A DNA stretch of 60,416 nucleotides, counting the filler, from Nemertoderma westbladi (Eukaryota > Animalia > Xenacoelomorpha): NCBI GenBank assembly GCA_032718475.1. It is 3 parts of 3 records of this genome, joined end to end, with 100 filler letters (N's around TTAATTAATTAA, not from the genome) between each part and the next. Parts side by side here need not be neighbours in the genome. Positions count along the whole stretch, not along the records: positions 38,329 to 60,416 come from JAUCBJ010002556.1; 2 more parts are not named here. One strand, 5' to 3'. A program made the position numbers and the translations under genes. Positions 47,731 to 60,416 of the stretch are shown here, in pieces. Within the stretch, counting starts at the first letter, position 1. Each line of letters opens with the position of its first letter. Below the pieces are notes generated by a model that worked only from the letters and a program-made list of their open reading frames with translations, had not been told where the DNA came from and made no database searches.

Positions 47731-50700
47731 TGAATTAATCTAGTGCTAATTACTCTAGTTATTGATATTATTTCACGTATTAATTATTGTGCTATATATA
47801 CAGTATATATATATATTATTCAGAAATTGATTTGGAATTGTCGCCATTATTATGATATTATCGGCCGGACGGGCCAAATACCGTCTACTACTGTACTACT
47901 AACTACTATAAAGAGCGGACTGCGGATTATGGACTGTGGATTATCTGATTACGGACTGCGGACTGTCAATCAAAGAAATTAAATAAGCGAGGTAAATTTG
48001 AATTATAATTTTCTGGCTTAATAAATACAGTAAAATGCGTATTTTGCACGATCACACGACGAAGAGTCCCGTACAGAAACGCGTCGCCGTACAGACAGAC
48101 AGAAACGTCAATAGCTCAGTCGCGCGCCGACCTACTTACAGAGATACAGACTGATACGATTCTTTCGTTGCTGGATAAAGGAAAGATAGCACTCGAAGAA
48201 ATATTAACCACCTTTTTCCACAGCGGTCAGGAAGTTGCAACAAACGAGACCACAAAAACCGCACATCGCAAATGCGTAAAAATGCAAAAACGGTATTACA
48301 CGCTACGTTTTATATTATCGTTTCTACATATTTTTCTACATATCCAATGCGATATATCTCGAAAACCTCTAATCTCCTGGTGTTGAGACTATATAGTATC
48401 GGACGGAATAACTAATCAATCTGTACAAAATCCCTTTATTGTTTTTATACAATGTTTTTTAACATATCTTTATCATTTTTTTAGCTTGTTCCTGAATTTA
48501 CCCTCACAAATTTTAATATTTTTACTCTTTATTTTTTGTACTAATTACACTTCGTGATCAACTGAAGAAACTGAACTGTCTCAACTGTAATTATATATTA
48601 CTATTTTTTTTAATCGCTTGTTTTTAGACGCATTTTGGTCTAGGTCTAGCAACTAGTAATTATGTGCATTTTCGTACTTTGTACTTTTTAACCATTTTAG
48701 CCCTTTTTACTTATGCAGATGCACTGGTCTTTATTTAGTTTACGTAAATTTTCTAATCGTGCCCATATTAGTAGGCCTATTGGTAGTCAACGTCAACCGT
48801 TAGTGTACCTGGTTTACCTACCGTAAGTGTACCTGGTTGTTCTTTCTCCGGTGTAATAAATAAATTTTATTTTAAATATTGTCACTGTGAAATAATAATA
48901 ATATAAAAAACTAATTTGTAATGGCCCAAATTTCGGGTCATATAATAATACATTTCAAATTCTTATGGGATATCCCAAAAATTGTAGTACCTCAGAAATG
49001 TTTTTATTTAATCGTTTGCCTAGTTGTGCTGCTGTGATTCGTAATCTCATTTATAATTTTATTGTTAGGATCGATAAATACGATTACTAATTACTAATAC
49101 GATTATCTCCAGCTGTGTTACATCTGATTGTATATATTTTTCCCCATTGCGACGGTTTTGGATGACTGAATTACATATTAATTTTAAATTGCCGAAGCTG
49201 TTATATATTAATTCCGTTAAGGCCTTATTCTGTTAAATAACGCTTACATTTATTGGTTGTTTGGTGATGGTGGTGTAGTAATAAAAAATTAATAATGTTA
49301 TGGTGCAAAGTGGACTTCGTGTTCAGAATATACAATAAAAAAAAATAATTGTGGGATCCATAAACAGATCAAATATTTATAATACTGTATATTACATATA
49401 GGCCTGATACACACATTAATAAACTACAGTACTGTTGCAGTACAGTCCCAATCCCAATAAACATTAACTTGGTCATTTTGGCGGCCAAAACGACCAAAAT
49501 GGCCAAATATAAATTGCGGCATTCATGAAAGGAACTTCTGAGGCAAGTTGGCTTGTCAATCACAGCCAGTGAATAGAGGCTGAGTGTAAGTAAAGCCCAG
49601 GATGTTGGCAGATAGAAAAAGGCTTCGATTTCCGGACATTCCCTCACCACCCCCCCCCCCCCCCCCCCCGGACAGTTCCGCACTGTTTTATATTTCGCAC
49701 GTTTATTTTTCATTTTGTAAGGTAAACGCTCCTTGTATCCAGACAAGTTGTACAGTATCCAATTTCCCTTTCTTAGCTCAGAAATTTATATTTTGCATCC
49801 CGATTTTACATTTTGTATCCACGTTTTATTTATGGATTTCATCAATTCAAGTACACTGTATTGTTTGCTAATCTAATTAATTAGATGACCTATATATTCC
49901 ATCCCCCGAATGATATATTGTTTTGTTTACTAGAGTTATAATAATTATGTAATAGTTTTAATTATGAGTATTATTATCTAATTATTTTCTTCAAATTGAA
50001 GCAGATGGGGTTGACTATTATTGATGGTCCTTTTTCGAAGAAATCCTACATGGGCATTTTGGAGCTAACCCGCCACTACTGCTTGGCTCACTGGAAGTGT
50101 ATTTAGGAAAAGCTCTATTGTAAGGCTGTGTGTGGCTCTGTTTAAGCTTAGCTGAGCCAAGACGACAGACATTAGGATGGGAACACGAACACACCATATT
50201 ATCCTTCCCCTATTCATTTCAATGGTAGCCTACTTGTCTTTCCCGCACTGGGGGGAGACCATTGCCATTGGTTCGCTGTAGGCAATTGTAATACAAAGAG
50301 AGCGGCAGGATAAAGAGAAATGGCGACCTCACTAATAATGGGCTGGTCCCACAGGTCACTTTAAGGTAGATGGTAAAGTAGGTACTAGGCCCCTACAGTG
50401 TACATGTTCAAGGGCGCCAGTCCCTAGTCGCTAGCCCATAGTATGTCATGGAGTTCCTGTAGTAGTTTCAGACGCTTTCACTCATTATCCTAGTGTCCAG
50501 GAAGTTGGAGGTTGAGTGTGGGTGGGTGGATTGGTGGCCCCCGCGCAACACCGCAGTGTCGGTTGACTACAAAACAAAGACCAACGACCCAAATAATAAA
50601 GACCTGTACAAATACAAAACACATGTGTTAACTTTCGTTTATTGTTTTGGTTCCTCTGTCTGTATCCTGCTTCTTTACTAACCTGCTCCTTTAAATGGCA

Positions 50701-50884
50701 ATGTGACCTCACGCTCTCTGGCAATGGGACCTAAAGCTCTTTGGAACCTAACGCTCTTTGGGACGTAACGCGACTTTACCTCTTTGTTTTGTACAGGTCA
50801 CAATCAGCGTTATGTACCATTGCTATTTAAAGGAGCAAGTTACAGAGGCGTGACGGGGGATTCAAAACAATTAACGAAAGTTAA

Positions 50885-51512
50885 CACGTTCGTGGGGACT
50901 TCGCGCAGCACGTAGTCGGCAAGCCTTGGCATACGGTTCATATAGAGCAAATGGGGCATGTCTAGTTTGGACCCCATATCCCATGCTATAAATGTATTCA
51001 TTCGATATACAATCATATGTTAATCCGCTAGGTGGTGTCAAATTGTTATTCTGCAATTTCGTACTTACCAGTGCAGCACTGTACAGCAGTACCGTACCGG
51101 TAGGCCTATGTCATTACTTCTGAGTCTCTAGCGGATCCCCAATTAAATGTCTTAACTTTTCAATTTCGTAAAAGATAGACTTCATGATTCTCTACAGGCC
51201 ACCAAAATTTCAGCTCAGGAAAATGAGGCCTTCCCGAGAAATTTAACATTTTCTAAAAACCACATAATCTGTCGTAGCTGACGTCAGACTGCATGATTTT
51301 TCACCAAACTTTACAAACTTTCTAAACTTTCTCTCTACTACTTACCTACTAAGTTTGGTTCAATTCCGAACGAGCGATGCCGAGAAATTCGCGTTCAAAC
51401 ATTTACCAGACAGACGGACGGACAGACAGACAGACAGACGGACATGCCCCATTTGCCCTATATGAACCGTATGCAAAGGCTCGCCGACTACGTGTCTCGC
51501 CCCACACATGTA
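50885..51512. mobile_element. Helentron/HINE (DINE-1-like) non-autonomous element
   Basis: Subterminal inverted repeats of about 53 bp (cacgtagtcggc...ggggcatgtc at about 50910-50962 and its mirror at about 51442-51494) next to a (GACA/GACG)n microsatellite. The class is inferred. Confidence 0.6.
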
Positions 51513-51629
51513 ACAAGATTATGCAGGTCTTTATAATTGGGTCTTTGTTTTGTAGTCACCCCGCAGTGTCCGCGAATTATACATTGTAAAAAATATTTAA
51601 AAAATTTTTATTATAAAAAAAATATTATT

Positions 51630-51845
51630 GAAATTAATTTCCGAAATTAACATCCCGAAATTAATTTATGGACGTCCGTTAATTAGTTATTTTATTACGA
51701 TTCTGATTGGTTGATAGATTAATTTCGGGACGTCCATAAGTTAATTTCGGGACGTCCATATAGTTAATTTCGGGACGTCCATAAATTAATTTCGGGACGT
51801 CCATAAATTAATTTCGGGACGTCCATAAATTAATTTCGGGACGTT
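51630..51845. repeat. 22-bp minisatellite with an inverted copy
   Basis: ataaattaatttcgggacgtcc about 5-6 times at 51719-51844, with an inverted unit at about 51653-51677. Confidence 0.9.
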
Positions 51846-52429
51846 CAGATTATTATACATACTCCTCCTTTAACGAAGCCCCATTCAACTCCTTTTATAA
51901 GACTGTGTACTCTATCAATGCCTCAGTGGGCGGACTCCAGTACTGCAAGGCTCAGCGCCGGGTAAGTTAACAATCTGTCAATAATAAAAATGAAAGCGAG
52001 CCGACATTTAGTCAGATCCACCAAATGGATGGCCAAGGAGACAGACTGTCTGGATTGAGGAGATTCGAGTTAAATCGCTTCGCCGAAACGACCAATTAGC
52101 CCATAGGAATACACTACATTGTTTTGGTGATTTTGGCCACCAAAACGACCAAGTTAATGTTTATTGGGATTGGGACTGTAATGTTACCTTTCAGGCGCCG
52201 GTTTGACGATTATTGATATTCCAACTAATTAAACAATGAAATAAATATGAAAAACCGGCCCTGTACCGGTTCCGGTTAGGCCGGTTTTTTTTTAGAACCG
52301 GCCGATTCCTAAGTATCACCCGATGATCATTCGGCCAAATTTCACAAGAATTCGTTCAATTTTGGAAAATCCTTTGCATTTTGAAATTTAGAATTTGCAT
52401 TCTTCAGAAAACGCATTTAAAGTTTATCG

Positions 52430-53700
52430 GTCTGTCCGTCAAAATATGACTGACAGCTTAACAGACAATGTTGATGACGTAATACATGAAAACTGACATT
52501 GGAAATGAAATCACCAACCATAAAAAAACCCGATAACAAATTTTTTAGCTAGTTGGTATGCTTTCCTATTACTTTGATATACAGAGATGGCTGCACAGAC
52601 AGACATAGTACAGTACAGGCCACCAGAAAACGCAGATTTGTACAATTGTGAACACATTTTATCAAATGTGTACCAGTGTAATGTAATGTTGTTGAACGGG
52701 ACAATTGAACATAATTGAAATGGCAACAACCAAAATTTTTTCGCCAAAGGATATAATTGAATACTTTTGAAACGCTTAGTAATATCGAAACTCTCTGTAG
52801 TTTGCCGCGAACTGTCACTAACTGCAGCTGGAAATGCGATAAGGATTTTGTTTACCTTTATAGTGTGCGGTTAATAGTGTCTAGTAGGCAGGCCTATAGT
52901 TAGTGATGTTAAGGCATCTTCTGGTGTTTCTCTGTGCCCCCTCGGTGTCAGACTAGGCGCGACATCTCCCTGCACTAAATTAATTATTCAATGGTCTAGG
53001 CTCCTCCATCCACATACCCATCCACCCCCATACACTCAATGAACCTCCATGTGGTCTTGTGTGTAGTTCTATCTCTACCAATACAGCCCATGTCAGTAAT
53101 GTTACGCCCTGGGGGCTCTCTCATCTGCCTGATATCAGACATACAGGCGCACCGCACACAAAGCCTTTGTCGGTCCCAGCAAGTTAGCCTCCTGCTGTGT
53201 GATCTAGAAGATAACTCGCCATAACCTGCCAATCAGATGACTTGAACAAATGTGTTCACATGTGATCACATTGGATGAAATCTGCTTTTTCTGGTGGCCT
53301 GTACTGTACGTTTGGTTAAAAGTGAAAACTGACGTCGGAAATGAAATCAGCAGCCAGGATAACCCCCATAACATAACTTTTAGCTTAGTGAAATGCTTTC
53401 CTAAATTTTGACAGACAGACAGATGGACATACATACAGACCGACAGACATAATATACTTCTCTAAATATGAAAACTGACATCGGAATTGAAATCAGCGAC
53501 CAGGAAAACCACAACAAAAAAGTTTTAGCTTGATGGTATGATTCCTTAAATTTTAGATAGACAGATTATCGGATAGGCAGACAGACAGACTGACAAAAAG
53601 ACAATAGTTTTCGATAAAAGTGAAAACTGACGTTTGGAATGATAACAGTGACCATGAAAACCACCATTACAAAACCTAGCTAAGATGAATGCTTTTAATT
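52430..53700. repeat. ~150-bp modules with GACA microsatellites (transposon remnants)
   Basis: gaaaactgacRt.gga...gaaatca at about 52488, 53323, 53470 and 53622; a reverse-strand relative at about 20890-21030. Confidence 0.7.
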
Positions 53701-54300
53701 ATATGATGTTAGACAACCACGACTTGTGCTTGACCAATGCTAGGTATCTGAGGGAATAAGACCCCATTTCCTATTTTATTGTTTCCATATGATTGCTTGT
53801 TATATTTTGACAGACAAACTGTCAGAAACACAATCCCAGACAGTCACTTTTCACAGACACTTACATGGAGTAAGGTTAACATTATACCTATTAACTTTAT
53901 ATTTAAATTATTTAAATTTTTTTCGGAATTAGTGAACCCCACCCTTAAATTAATTAATAACGTGCGATACACCATGGACCTGGAAACGTACTGACTGACC
54001 CCCCCCCCCCCCCCCCCCCCCCCCTCCACATTACTTAGTACCAGTGGTTCTGTATCCAATACATTAGAAGTCAACTAAATTAGAAAAATTTTAAATTCTA
54101 ACTGAGAAAACCAGAAAATCTTTAGACACCTTGTGTAATGTTAATAATAATAATTAATCACATTTATTGTATAGTATGAATTGGAACTAAATAACACTTT
54201 AGCACATTAATGATGATATTTTATATAACTAAATGTACAAACAAACAATGTGAGGTAATTAAAGTAATTAGACGCACTTTATATTATTACAATAATAGTT

Positions 54301-57300
54301 TTATTTCCCCTTTCCACCTTTACCCCTCCCTTTACTGCTCCCAGTTTTTCCCTTGTCGTCCCGTACTTTACTTTCACCCTTTTTCCCTCCAGTTCTATTT
54401 TTCTCCCCAACTTTCTTGGGTTTGACTTGTTTAATTTCCTCCCCGCTCCCATCCCCTTCCTCCTCTACGTCCAACTCATCCCCTTCCATCCCTACGTCAC
54501 TGTAACCTAGACTACTGCGCCCTTTCTTCCCCCCGGCCCCCGTACTATAAGGCGTCAACCTATGCAGTTTATTAAACCCCCTAGTGAGCGCCCCCTTAGT
54601 CTTACTGTCAACCTGAGCCATCCAGTCTGTGGAGTGCGGGAAACAACTCAATGACGTCACATTCTCTATATCCTCCCGACACAGGAAGTACTCCTGCATC
54701 ACGTCTAACACCATAGCAACCCCCTGCCCCCCTTCCATAGTAACCAACGGCTTAGTCAACAACGTGCTTAGCAACGGCAAATAGTCCATATTTAGTTGGC
54801 GACTATCCCCAGACACCCTCAACCTGGTGTGCATATGCAACTCCTGTAACAACCTCGAGTTCTTATTCCGAGTGGAATTCCTCCCCAACCACCCCGGGAA
54901 GTTAATCATCCCTCCCATAACTCCCTGCATGGTCCACCCAGGGACCACGGTGGACAACAGACCCTGGGTGCCTAGCAACGACCAAGACTGTCGCGAACGT
55001 ATCGTGCGATCTACCCAATCTGAATCGCTAATGGAGTCGGCGGCCCGACTCAACAAGTCCAGATGTTTCGACCGGCTAGAAACGCCCCGCGGATTAACCC
55101 GCGGATAATTCTCCTGAACGAACAACGGCATTAAACTGTAATCGGTGAAGAAGAAATCCTTGAGTTTCCTGACGTCGAGAGTGGCGGGTAGGAATACCGA
55201 TCTACACGCCTCGAAGGGACCCAACTTAAAGTCCTTCCGAGACCTTTCGGCCTCATCCTTAGCTTCCTCGTATCCCATAGCTTCCCGATCCACGGACCAC
55301 ATCTGCAGATGGTTTATAACCTGTCGGATATCCTGATTGCTTCCCTGCACGATCTCATTGACCGCGGGGGCGGGAATCCTCAACCCTTCCTTGAAGGTCA
55401 ACGACATCATAGCGGCTTTCAGTTGCTCGACTCGCGGCTTAGAGAAGCGAAGATCGAAGCAGTGGTTGGCTAGACTGCGGATCTTGGGAGACTGACGGTC
55501 GTTGCAGATACAAATAATTGGGATCCTGGATCGTTTTATGATCCCAATGAGTTCCTGCATCCCCCCTCGATCCTCATTACCGGACATGCCATCAACTTCA
55601 TCCATTATGAGCACGTGTTCGCTCCCTACTCCCTTACTCCCCTCTCCACTCCCTCCCGTATTATTCAACCTCGTGTTATTCACTAACGCGCTCACAGAAT
55701 CTTTTAAACTCCTCTGATTCCGCGTGTCCGACGCATTTAGTTCCACGTAACTAAGCCCCAAATCGCCGCAGACGACCTGAGCGGTCGTGGTCTTCCCAAT
55801 CCCCGGGTTACCAGACAACAGAGCCGCTTTAAACACAGACCCTTCTTCCTTAGCGGCGAACCAGTTGGCCTTCCCCCCGCCCCCACTAACGCGGTTGCCA
55901 CTCCAATCCCTCAACCACTTGTACAACTTCTTCGCGTTGCTTTTCTCCCCCTGCTGACCAATCAGCTGCTTCATACTCTTGGGTTTGTACTTGTCCACCC
56001 AGAGATGGGACTCACTGCAGGACTGGGTGGCTTGTAGACTCTGCTGCGAGTCTGGGTTGGTAGACTGGCTGTCCTGGGTGCTCGGGTAGAAGGTGGGAGT
56101 GGATAGTTGGGAGTTAGTTCTCTTGGTGCTGGGAGCGGATTGCTGGGAATTAGTTCCCTTGGTGTTGGGAGTGGATAGCTGGGAGTTATTTCCCTTGGTG
56201 TTGGGAGTGGATAGCTGGGAGTTAGTTCCCTTGGAGTTGGGAGTGGGTAGATGGGAGTCAGTTCCCTTGGTTTTGGGAGCTGTTACACTTACCTGGGACT
56301 GTGTGCTGGGACCCGCCTTGCCACCCCCACCACTCAACCCCTTAACTTTGGCCTCTTTCTCCGCCTGTATAAGATACTTACACTTCCGCGCAGGGAGGGA
56401 CTCTATCAACTCGAACAACCCATCCTCATCCAGAACCCGCACCCCCAACTGCACCGCCTTGGCCGACTTACTCTCTCCCGCCCCCTCCCCCGCCACTAGG
56501 TAACTGGTTCTGCGACTTACACTCCCCCCAACCTTGCCGCCCAACCCTTCTATCAGCCCCTTGGCGGTCTCTCTCTCCAGGGAGTCCAACACTCCCGTTA
56601 TAACAAAGGTTTTTCCCTCCAGACAGTTCTCCTCCCCCCTCGGCAACTCTTTACTCCCCAAGTTCTTCGGGGGCCCTCTATGCAGGTAGTCCCAGAAACC
56701 AGACTTATTGGCTCGGGTCTCTTCCACAAAGGTGTCGTCTGGGTCCTCTGCTGGTTGCCTAGCAACTGTACCCGCGTTATCTGGTTGCTTAGCAACCGCA
56801 CTATCTGGTTGCTTAGCAACCGCACCCCCGCTATCCCGTTGCTTAGCATCTCGTCTGTTACGTTTAGGCGACGGGAACTCCTCGACAGAAACCGTCTCGA
56901 CCTCCCCCAGACCAGAATCGAGGTTCTTCCGTTTGTTTCTGTTGCCTAGCGACGACTCTACGAGGGCGAGGGCCTCCAAAACGTCCTCATCACTGACTTC
57001 CACCTCGTCCACTGCCGTATCAGCTTGTCTGTTCTTTCTGCGTTTCTTTGCGCTGCTCTTTAACGGCTCGTTGACATTTCTACTCTCTGACTTACCAATC
57101 GAATGATCTTCCACACGTCGCACAGTCGCTTTACCAAAAAAATGATCAGCGGATGTTATCGACTTATCCACTGCGGGTTTACTTCTACTTCTCTTTGTTC
57201 CCCGGAGTTCCTCCCTATCGCTGTCTGAACAATAAATAACTTGGGAACTCGCTCTGCCCGACAAGCTGATTCCATGGCTACTGCCATTCTCTGTGTCGCT

Positions 57301-57420
57301 GTCACTGTCTAACAACTTCCTTCTCTGACCTCTAGTCTTCTTGGTATTTTTAGATGACTCTTCGGCTAACTTATTTTTGCAGTTTCCCACTTGAAAATAG
57401 TTCCTTATGTCCATTACCAT
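54301..57420 (-). CDS. RFC1: Replication factor C subunit 1 (large clamp-loader subunit), single exon, 1039 aa
   Basis: N-terminal MDIRNYF; BRCT ([18 protein letters not shown]); LWVDKYKP; Walker [10 protein letters not shown]; ELNASDTR; Walker B MDEVDGM; PIICICND; PLFVQENY; FPGWLGRNS; acidic then basic tail. Confidence 0.97.
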   Translation of the reverse strand: MVMDIRNYFQVGNCKNKLAEESSKNTKKTRGQRRKLLDSDSDTENGSSHGISLSGRASSQVIYCSDSDREELRGTKRSRSKPAVDKSITSADHFFGKATVRRVEDHSIGKSESRNVNEPLKSSAKKRRKNRQADTAVDEVEVSDEDVLEALALVESSLGNRNKRKNLDSGLGEVETVSVEEFPSPKRNRRDAKQRDSGGAVAKQPDSAVAKQPDNAGTVARQPAEDPDDTFVEETRANKSGFWDYLHRGPPKNLGSKELPRGEENCLEGKTFVITGVLDSLERETAKGLIEGLGGKVGGSVSRRTSYLVAGEGAGESKSAKAVQLGVRVLDEDGLFELIESLPARKCKYLIQAEKEAKVKGLSGGGGKAGPSTQSQVSVTAPKTKGTDSHLPTPNSKGTNSQLSTPNTKGNNSQLSTPNTKGTNSQQSAPSTKRTNSQLSTPTFYPSTQDSQSTNPDSQQSLQATQSCSESHLWVDKYKPKSMKQLIGQQGEKSNAKKLYKWLRDWSGNRVSGGGGKANWFAAKEEGSVFKAALLSGNPGIGKTTTAQVVCGDLGLSYVELNASDTRNQRSLKDSVSALVNNTRLNNTGGSGEGSKGVGSEHVLIMDEVDGMSGNEDRGGMQELIGIIKRSRIPIICICNDRQSPKIRSLANHCFDLRFSKPRVEQLKAAMMSLTFKEGLRIPAPAVNEIVQGSNQDIRQVINHLQMWSVDREAMGYEEAKDEAERSRKDFKLGPFEACRSVFLPATLDVRKLKDFFFTDYSLMPLFVQENYPRVNPRGVSSRSKHLDLLSRAADSISDSDWVDRTIRSRQSWSLLGTQGLLSTVVPGWTMQGVMGGMINFPGWLGRNSTRNKNSRLLQELHMHTRLRVSGDSRQLNMDYLPLLSTLLTKPLVTMEGGQGVAMVLDVMQEYFLCREDIENVTSLSCFPHSTDWMAQVDSKTKGALTRGFNKLHRLTPYSTGAGGKKGRSSLGYSDVGMEGDELDVEEEGDGSGEEIKQVKPKKVGEKNRTGGKKGESKVRDDKGKTGSSKGRGKGGKGK

Positions 57421-57965
57421 GTAATGCTTTAGACAGTTAGGCAGGCCTATTGCAGTATTGTGAAATCTAGTTAACGGACTGCAGTACTGACGTGACGTAG
57501 TCCAGTAGTCAGTACCGGTAGTTCAGTAGGCAGTACCGGTAGGTCTACAGGTCTAGGCAGCTAGGAACTTCCTGCCAAAAATGGGCTGTCCGCTGTCCTA
57601 ACAGCCAATACCAAATACCAGCACCAGGCTGGATTTACCACAGGAAAACTGTCTAGACATGTTTTTATTGACGATTACTCGACCCATAGAGATCATAGTT
57701 TAAAACCCAGACAGGACAGCCAAAATGGGGCAGGAATATGTTTAATTGTTAATTAGGCCCCCCTAAAACAAAAGCATTACTTTTTTTTTCATACATAATA
57801 TAAAAGTTAGAAATCCTCTATCTGCTGGTAGGCCTATAGCTTTCTATATAACGCTGTTTATAACAGCAGACTGGCAGAGGCGCCGCCAAAATATTTATTT
57901 TCCCATGATATGCAATGACAGAATGAGGAATTCATGAATTTGTCCAGGTCGATTTGGGCTGTCTC

Positions 57966-58151
57966 CAGGTTGGAATTTATGTAGAGTTTGCTCAACATGC
58001 AGACATGTGTGGCGCGGATTAAGGATCCTGGCGCGTAGTGACAGGGGCGTGTGGCGCGCATTGAGGATCCTGGCGGTCCTGGCGCGAATATGGATGTAGG
58101 GCAGTAGGGTCAGGCTGTCAGGGTAGGATGTAGCGTAGCGGTGCACTGGCA
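57966..58151. repeat. Repeat duplicated at 58867-59065, containing 42-bp GGCGCG units
   Basis: ccaggttggaatttatgtagagtttgctcaacatg is shared. The unit gtgtggcgcgcatt..ggatcctggcgcgaaggaacaggggc occurs at 58901, 58943 and 58985. Confidence 0.85.
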
Positions 58152-59142
58152 ACCCCACTATACTGCTATACAGCTCTATTTGAAAATATTCCATAGGTTT
58201 AAAAAGATTGAAAAATTTCCGCTCGCTTCGCTCGCGTTTATACTGTACACCTACTCTTAGCACTGTCTGGCTGTGGACGACAAACGGACAGATTGAGCAT
58301 GACCATTAAAAACATGATTTGTTTCAAAAGTTTTTCCATTGTCAGATTCTTCAAACCAATAAAACCATGCTGCCATGATTCAGCAGAATTTCCGTGCTCG
58401 CTACGCTCGCAATTTTATAACATCTGTATTTGAAAACAGTCGGTTTGCCTACTCTAAATGCTGAAATGTTAAAATTTTCGTGATCGCTACACTCTGACAC
58501 TCGCAATTTCATCACATCTACATTTAACAACAGTCAGCTGGTCAGTTGACGTTGACCTACTACTTACTACTACTACTACAGTACTATCTAACTATTAATG
58601 CAGTACTGTTCAGCTGTTAGACCGTATTTATGTTAACATTATTGGAAAATTTCCTTGCTCGCCACGCTCGCATTTTATTGATAAAATACTGCTGTACTGT
58701 AGGGCTACAGCATTATAAACTGATAAATTATTACAATTCAGCAATTAGGCTACTGCAAAATTGAATAGTCAATTTTGGCCTGGCGCACATTGGATATCAT
58801 GGCTGGCGCGATTTTCGTTTAACCAGAACGCGTGTGGCGCGCTTTTTGTCAGTATTCCATATAGGGCCAGGTTGGAATTTATGTAGAGTTTGCTCAACAT
58901 GTGTGGCGCGCATTTCGGATCCTGGCGCGAAGGAACAGGGGCGTGTGGCGCGCATTTAGGATCCTGGCACGAAGGAACAGGGGCGTGTGGCGCGCATTGA
59001 GGATCGTGGCGCGGAAATGGATGTCATGTACAGTAGCAAAATGCACTGGCATGGCAACATATCCAGCCACTCTACTTGAAATTATATTTGTCTGCCAGTA
59101 GTCTATTTTTATAAAGAGTTAGGCCTAGGACTAACAGAGAGC

Positions 59143-59953
59143 AGACAGCTGGACAGTGATGCAGACAGTGGTGCAGACACCTGGTGCAGACAGTGGTGCA
59201 GTAGTGGTGCAGACAGTGGTGCAGAAGTGGTGTAGACATTGTTGCAGACAGTGGTGAACACTCACTGGTGCAGAGAGTGGTGCAGACACTGGTGCAGACA
59301 GTCTGACAGTGGTGCTGACATAATGGTGCAGGCAGTGGTGCAGACAGTGGTGCAGACAGTGGTGCAGACAGTGGTGCAGACAGTGGTGCAGACAGAGGTG
59401 CAGACACTCTGACACTGGTGCACATAGTGTGCAGACACTGGTGCAGACAGTGGTGCAGACACCTGGTGCAGACAGTGGTGTAGACACCGGTGCAGACAGT
59501 GGTGCAGACACTGGTGCAGACAGTGGTGCAGACAGTGGTGCAAACAGTGGTGCAGACAGAGGTGCAGAAACTGGTGCATACAGTGGTGCAGACAGTGGTG
59601 CAGACAGTGGTGCAGACACTGGTGCAGACAGTGGTGCAGACACTGGTGCAGACAGTGGTGCAGACATTGGTGCTGACAGAGGTGCAGACAGTGGTGCAGA
59701 CAGTGGGCAGACACTGGTGCAGACAGTGGTGCAGACAGTGGTGCAGACAGTGGTGCAGACAGTGGTGCAGACAGTGGTGCAGACAGAGGTGCAGATACTG
59801 GTGCAGACACTGGTGCAGACACTGGTGCAGACACTGGTGCAGACAGTGGTGCAGACACTGGTGCAGGCAGTGGTGCAGACACTGGTGCAGATAGTGGTGC
59901 AGACACTGGTGCAGACTGGTGCAGACAGTGGTGCAGACACTGGCGCAGACAGT
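59143..59953. repeat. 12-bp minisatellite (TGGTGCAGACAS)n, about 800 bp
   Basis: Directly visible array with scattered indels; it produces low-complexity ORFs on both strands. Confidence 0.97.
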
Positions 59954-60416
59954 AAAGGGGGAAGCAGGTTAGTAAAGGAGCAGTTTAGTAAAGGAGCAGG
60001 TTTCAGAGGAGAATTGGGGGAACCAAAACAATAAACGTTATTGTTTTGGGGGCTAAGAATACCCAAGGGCCAAGAATACTCGCAGGCTAAGAATACTCGC
60101 GGGCTAAGAATTCCTGAACCTTCTGTCAGTCTGTAGTTAGTGAATGTATATCCCCAGCATGAGACAATAACTTAATGAGCTCGTTTTATTATACAGTAAT
60201 AAGCAATGGCTCCAGCATCCAGTAAAGGTAAACAAATTAAACATACTCTATATAAAGTAGGTCATGTATAAACAATCAAACACTGTCGCTTAAACCTCAT
60301 TCCTTGGAGACATTGCTGCTTACAATTTATAGACATTATTGTTTATATGAAAACGGGAATACTGTTCGCGCTTTCAGACCTTTGGCAGTTTAACCCACCA
60401 AATTAAGATGTCTTCT

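Larger units (their letters stand above)
49443..52178. mobile_element. 2.7-kb TA-flanked TIR element with nested repeats
   Basis: TA|CAGTCCCAATCCCAATAAACATTAACTTGGTC.TTTTGG.GGCCAAAA and its reverse complement ending GGGACTG|TA at 52178. Confidence 0.9.

Noticed and set aside
52900-53310. GC-richer patch with short ORFs on both strands
   Set aside because: There is no recognisable motif or long frame, so no call can be supported.
59072-60066. Cys/His-rich or Pro-rich proteins from the ORF track
   Set aside because: They are by-products of a stop-free 12-bp minisatellite with frame-shifting indels.

Overview
AT-rich, transposon-dense eukaryotic scaffold, probably from an invertebrate animal, with two 100-bp assembly gaps. 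The one clearly intact host gene is a single-exon RFC1 (54301-57420, minus). There is also a 5'-truncated C2H2 zinc-finger array and an 815+ aa orphan ORF running into a gap. The rest is a nested mosaic of retroelements (RTE, RTEX, CRE and L2/CR1 LINEs; Gypsy and BEL/Pao fragments; tRNA-derived SINE heads) and non-autonomous DNA transposons (TA-flanked CAGT..ACTG, Merlin-like, TTAA piggyBac-like, foldback, Helentron/HINE-like). Top signals: (1) a U6 snRNA 3' half fused exactly at GCGCAA to a terminus that mimics the U6 5' half, as expected for a Dada-type U6-targeting transposon; (2) a 4.1-kb TTAA-bounded composite unit with captured DNA that splits an L2 frame cleanly; (3) TA-CAG-TA/TA-CTG-TA excision footprints shown by comparing sister copies; (4) two different TIR elements carrying the same ~470-bp cargo. 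All family calls come from motif recognition by eye, not database searches.
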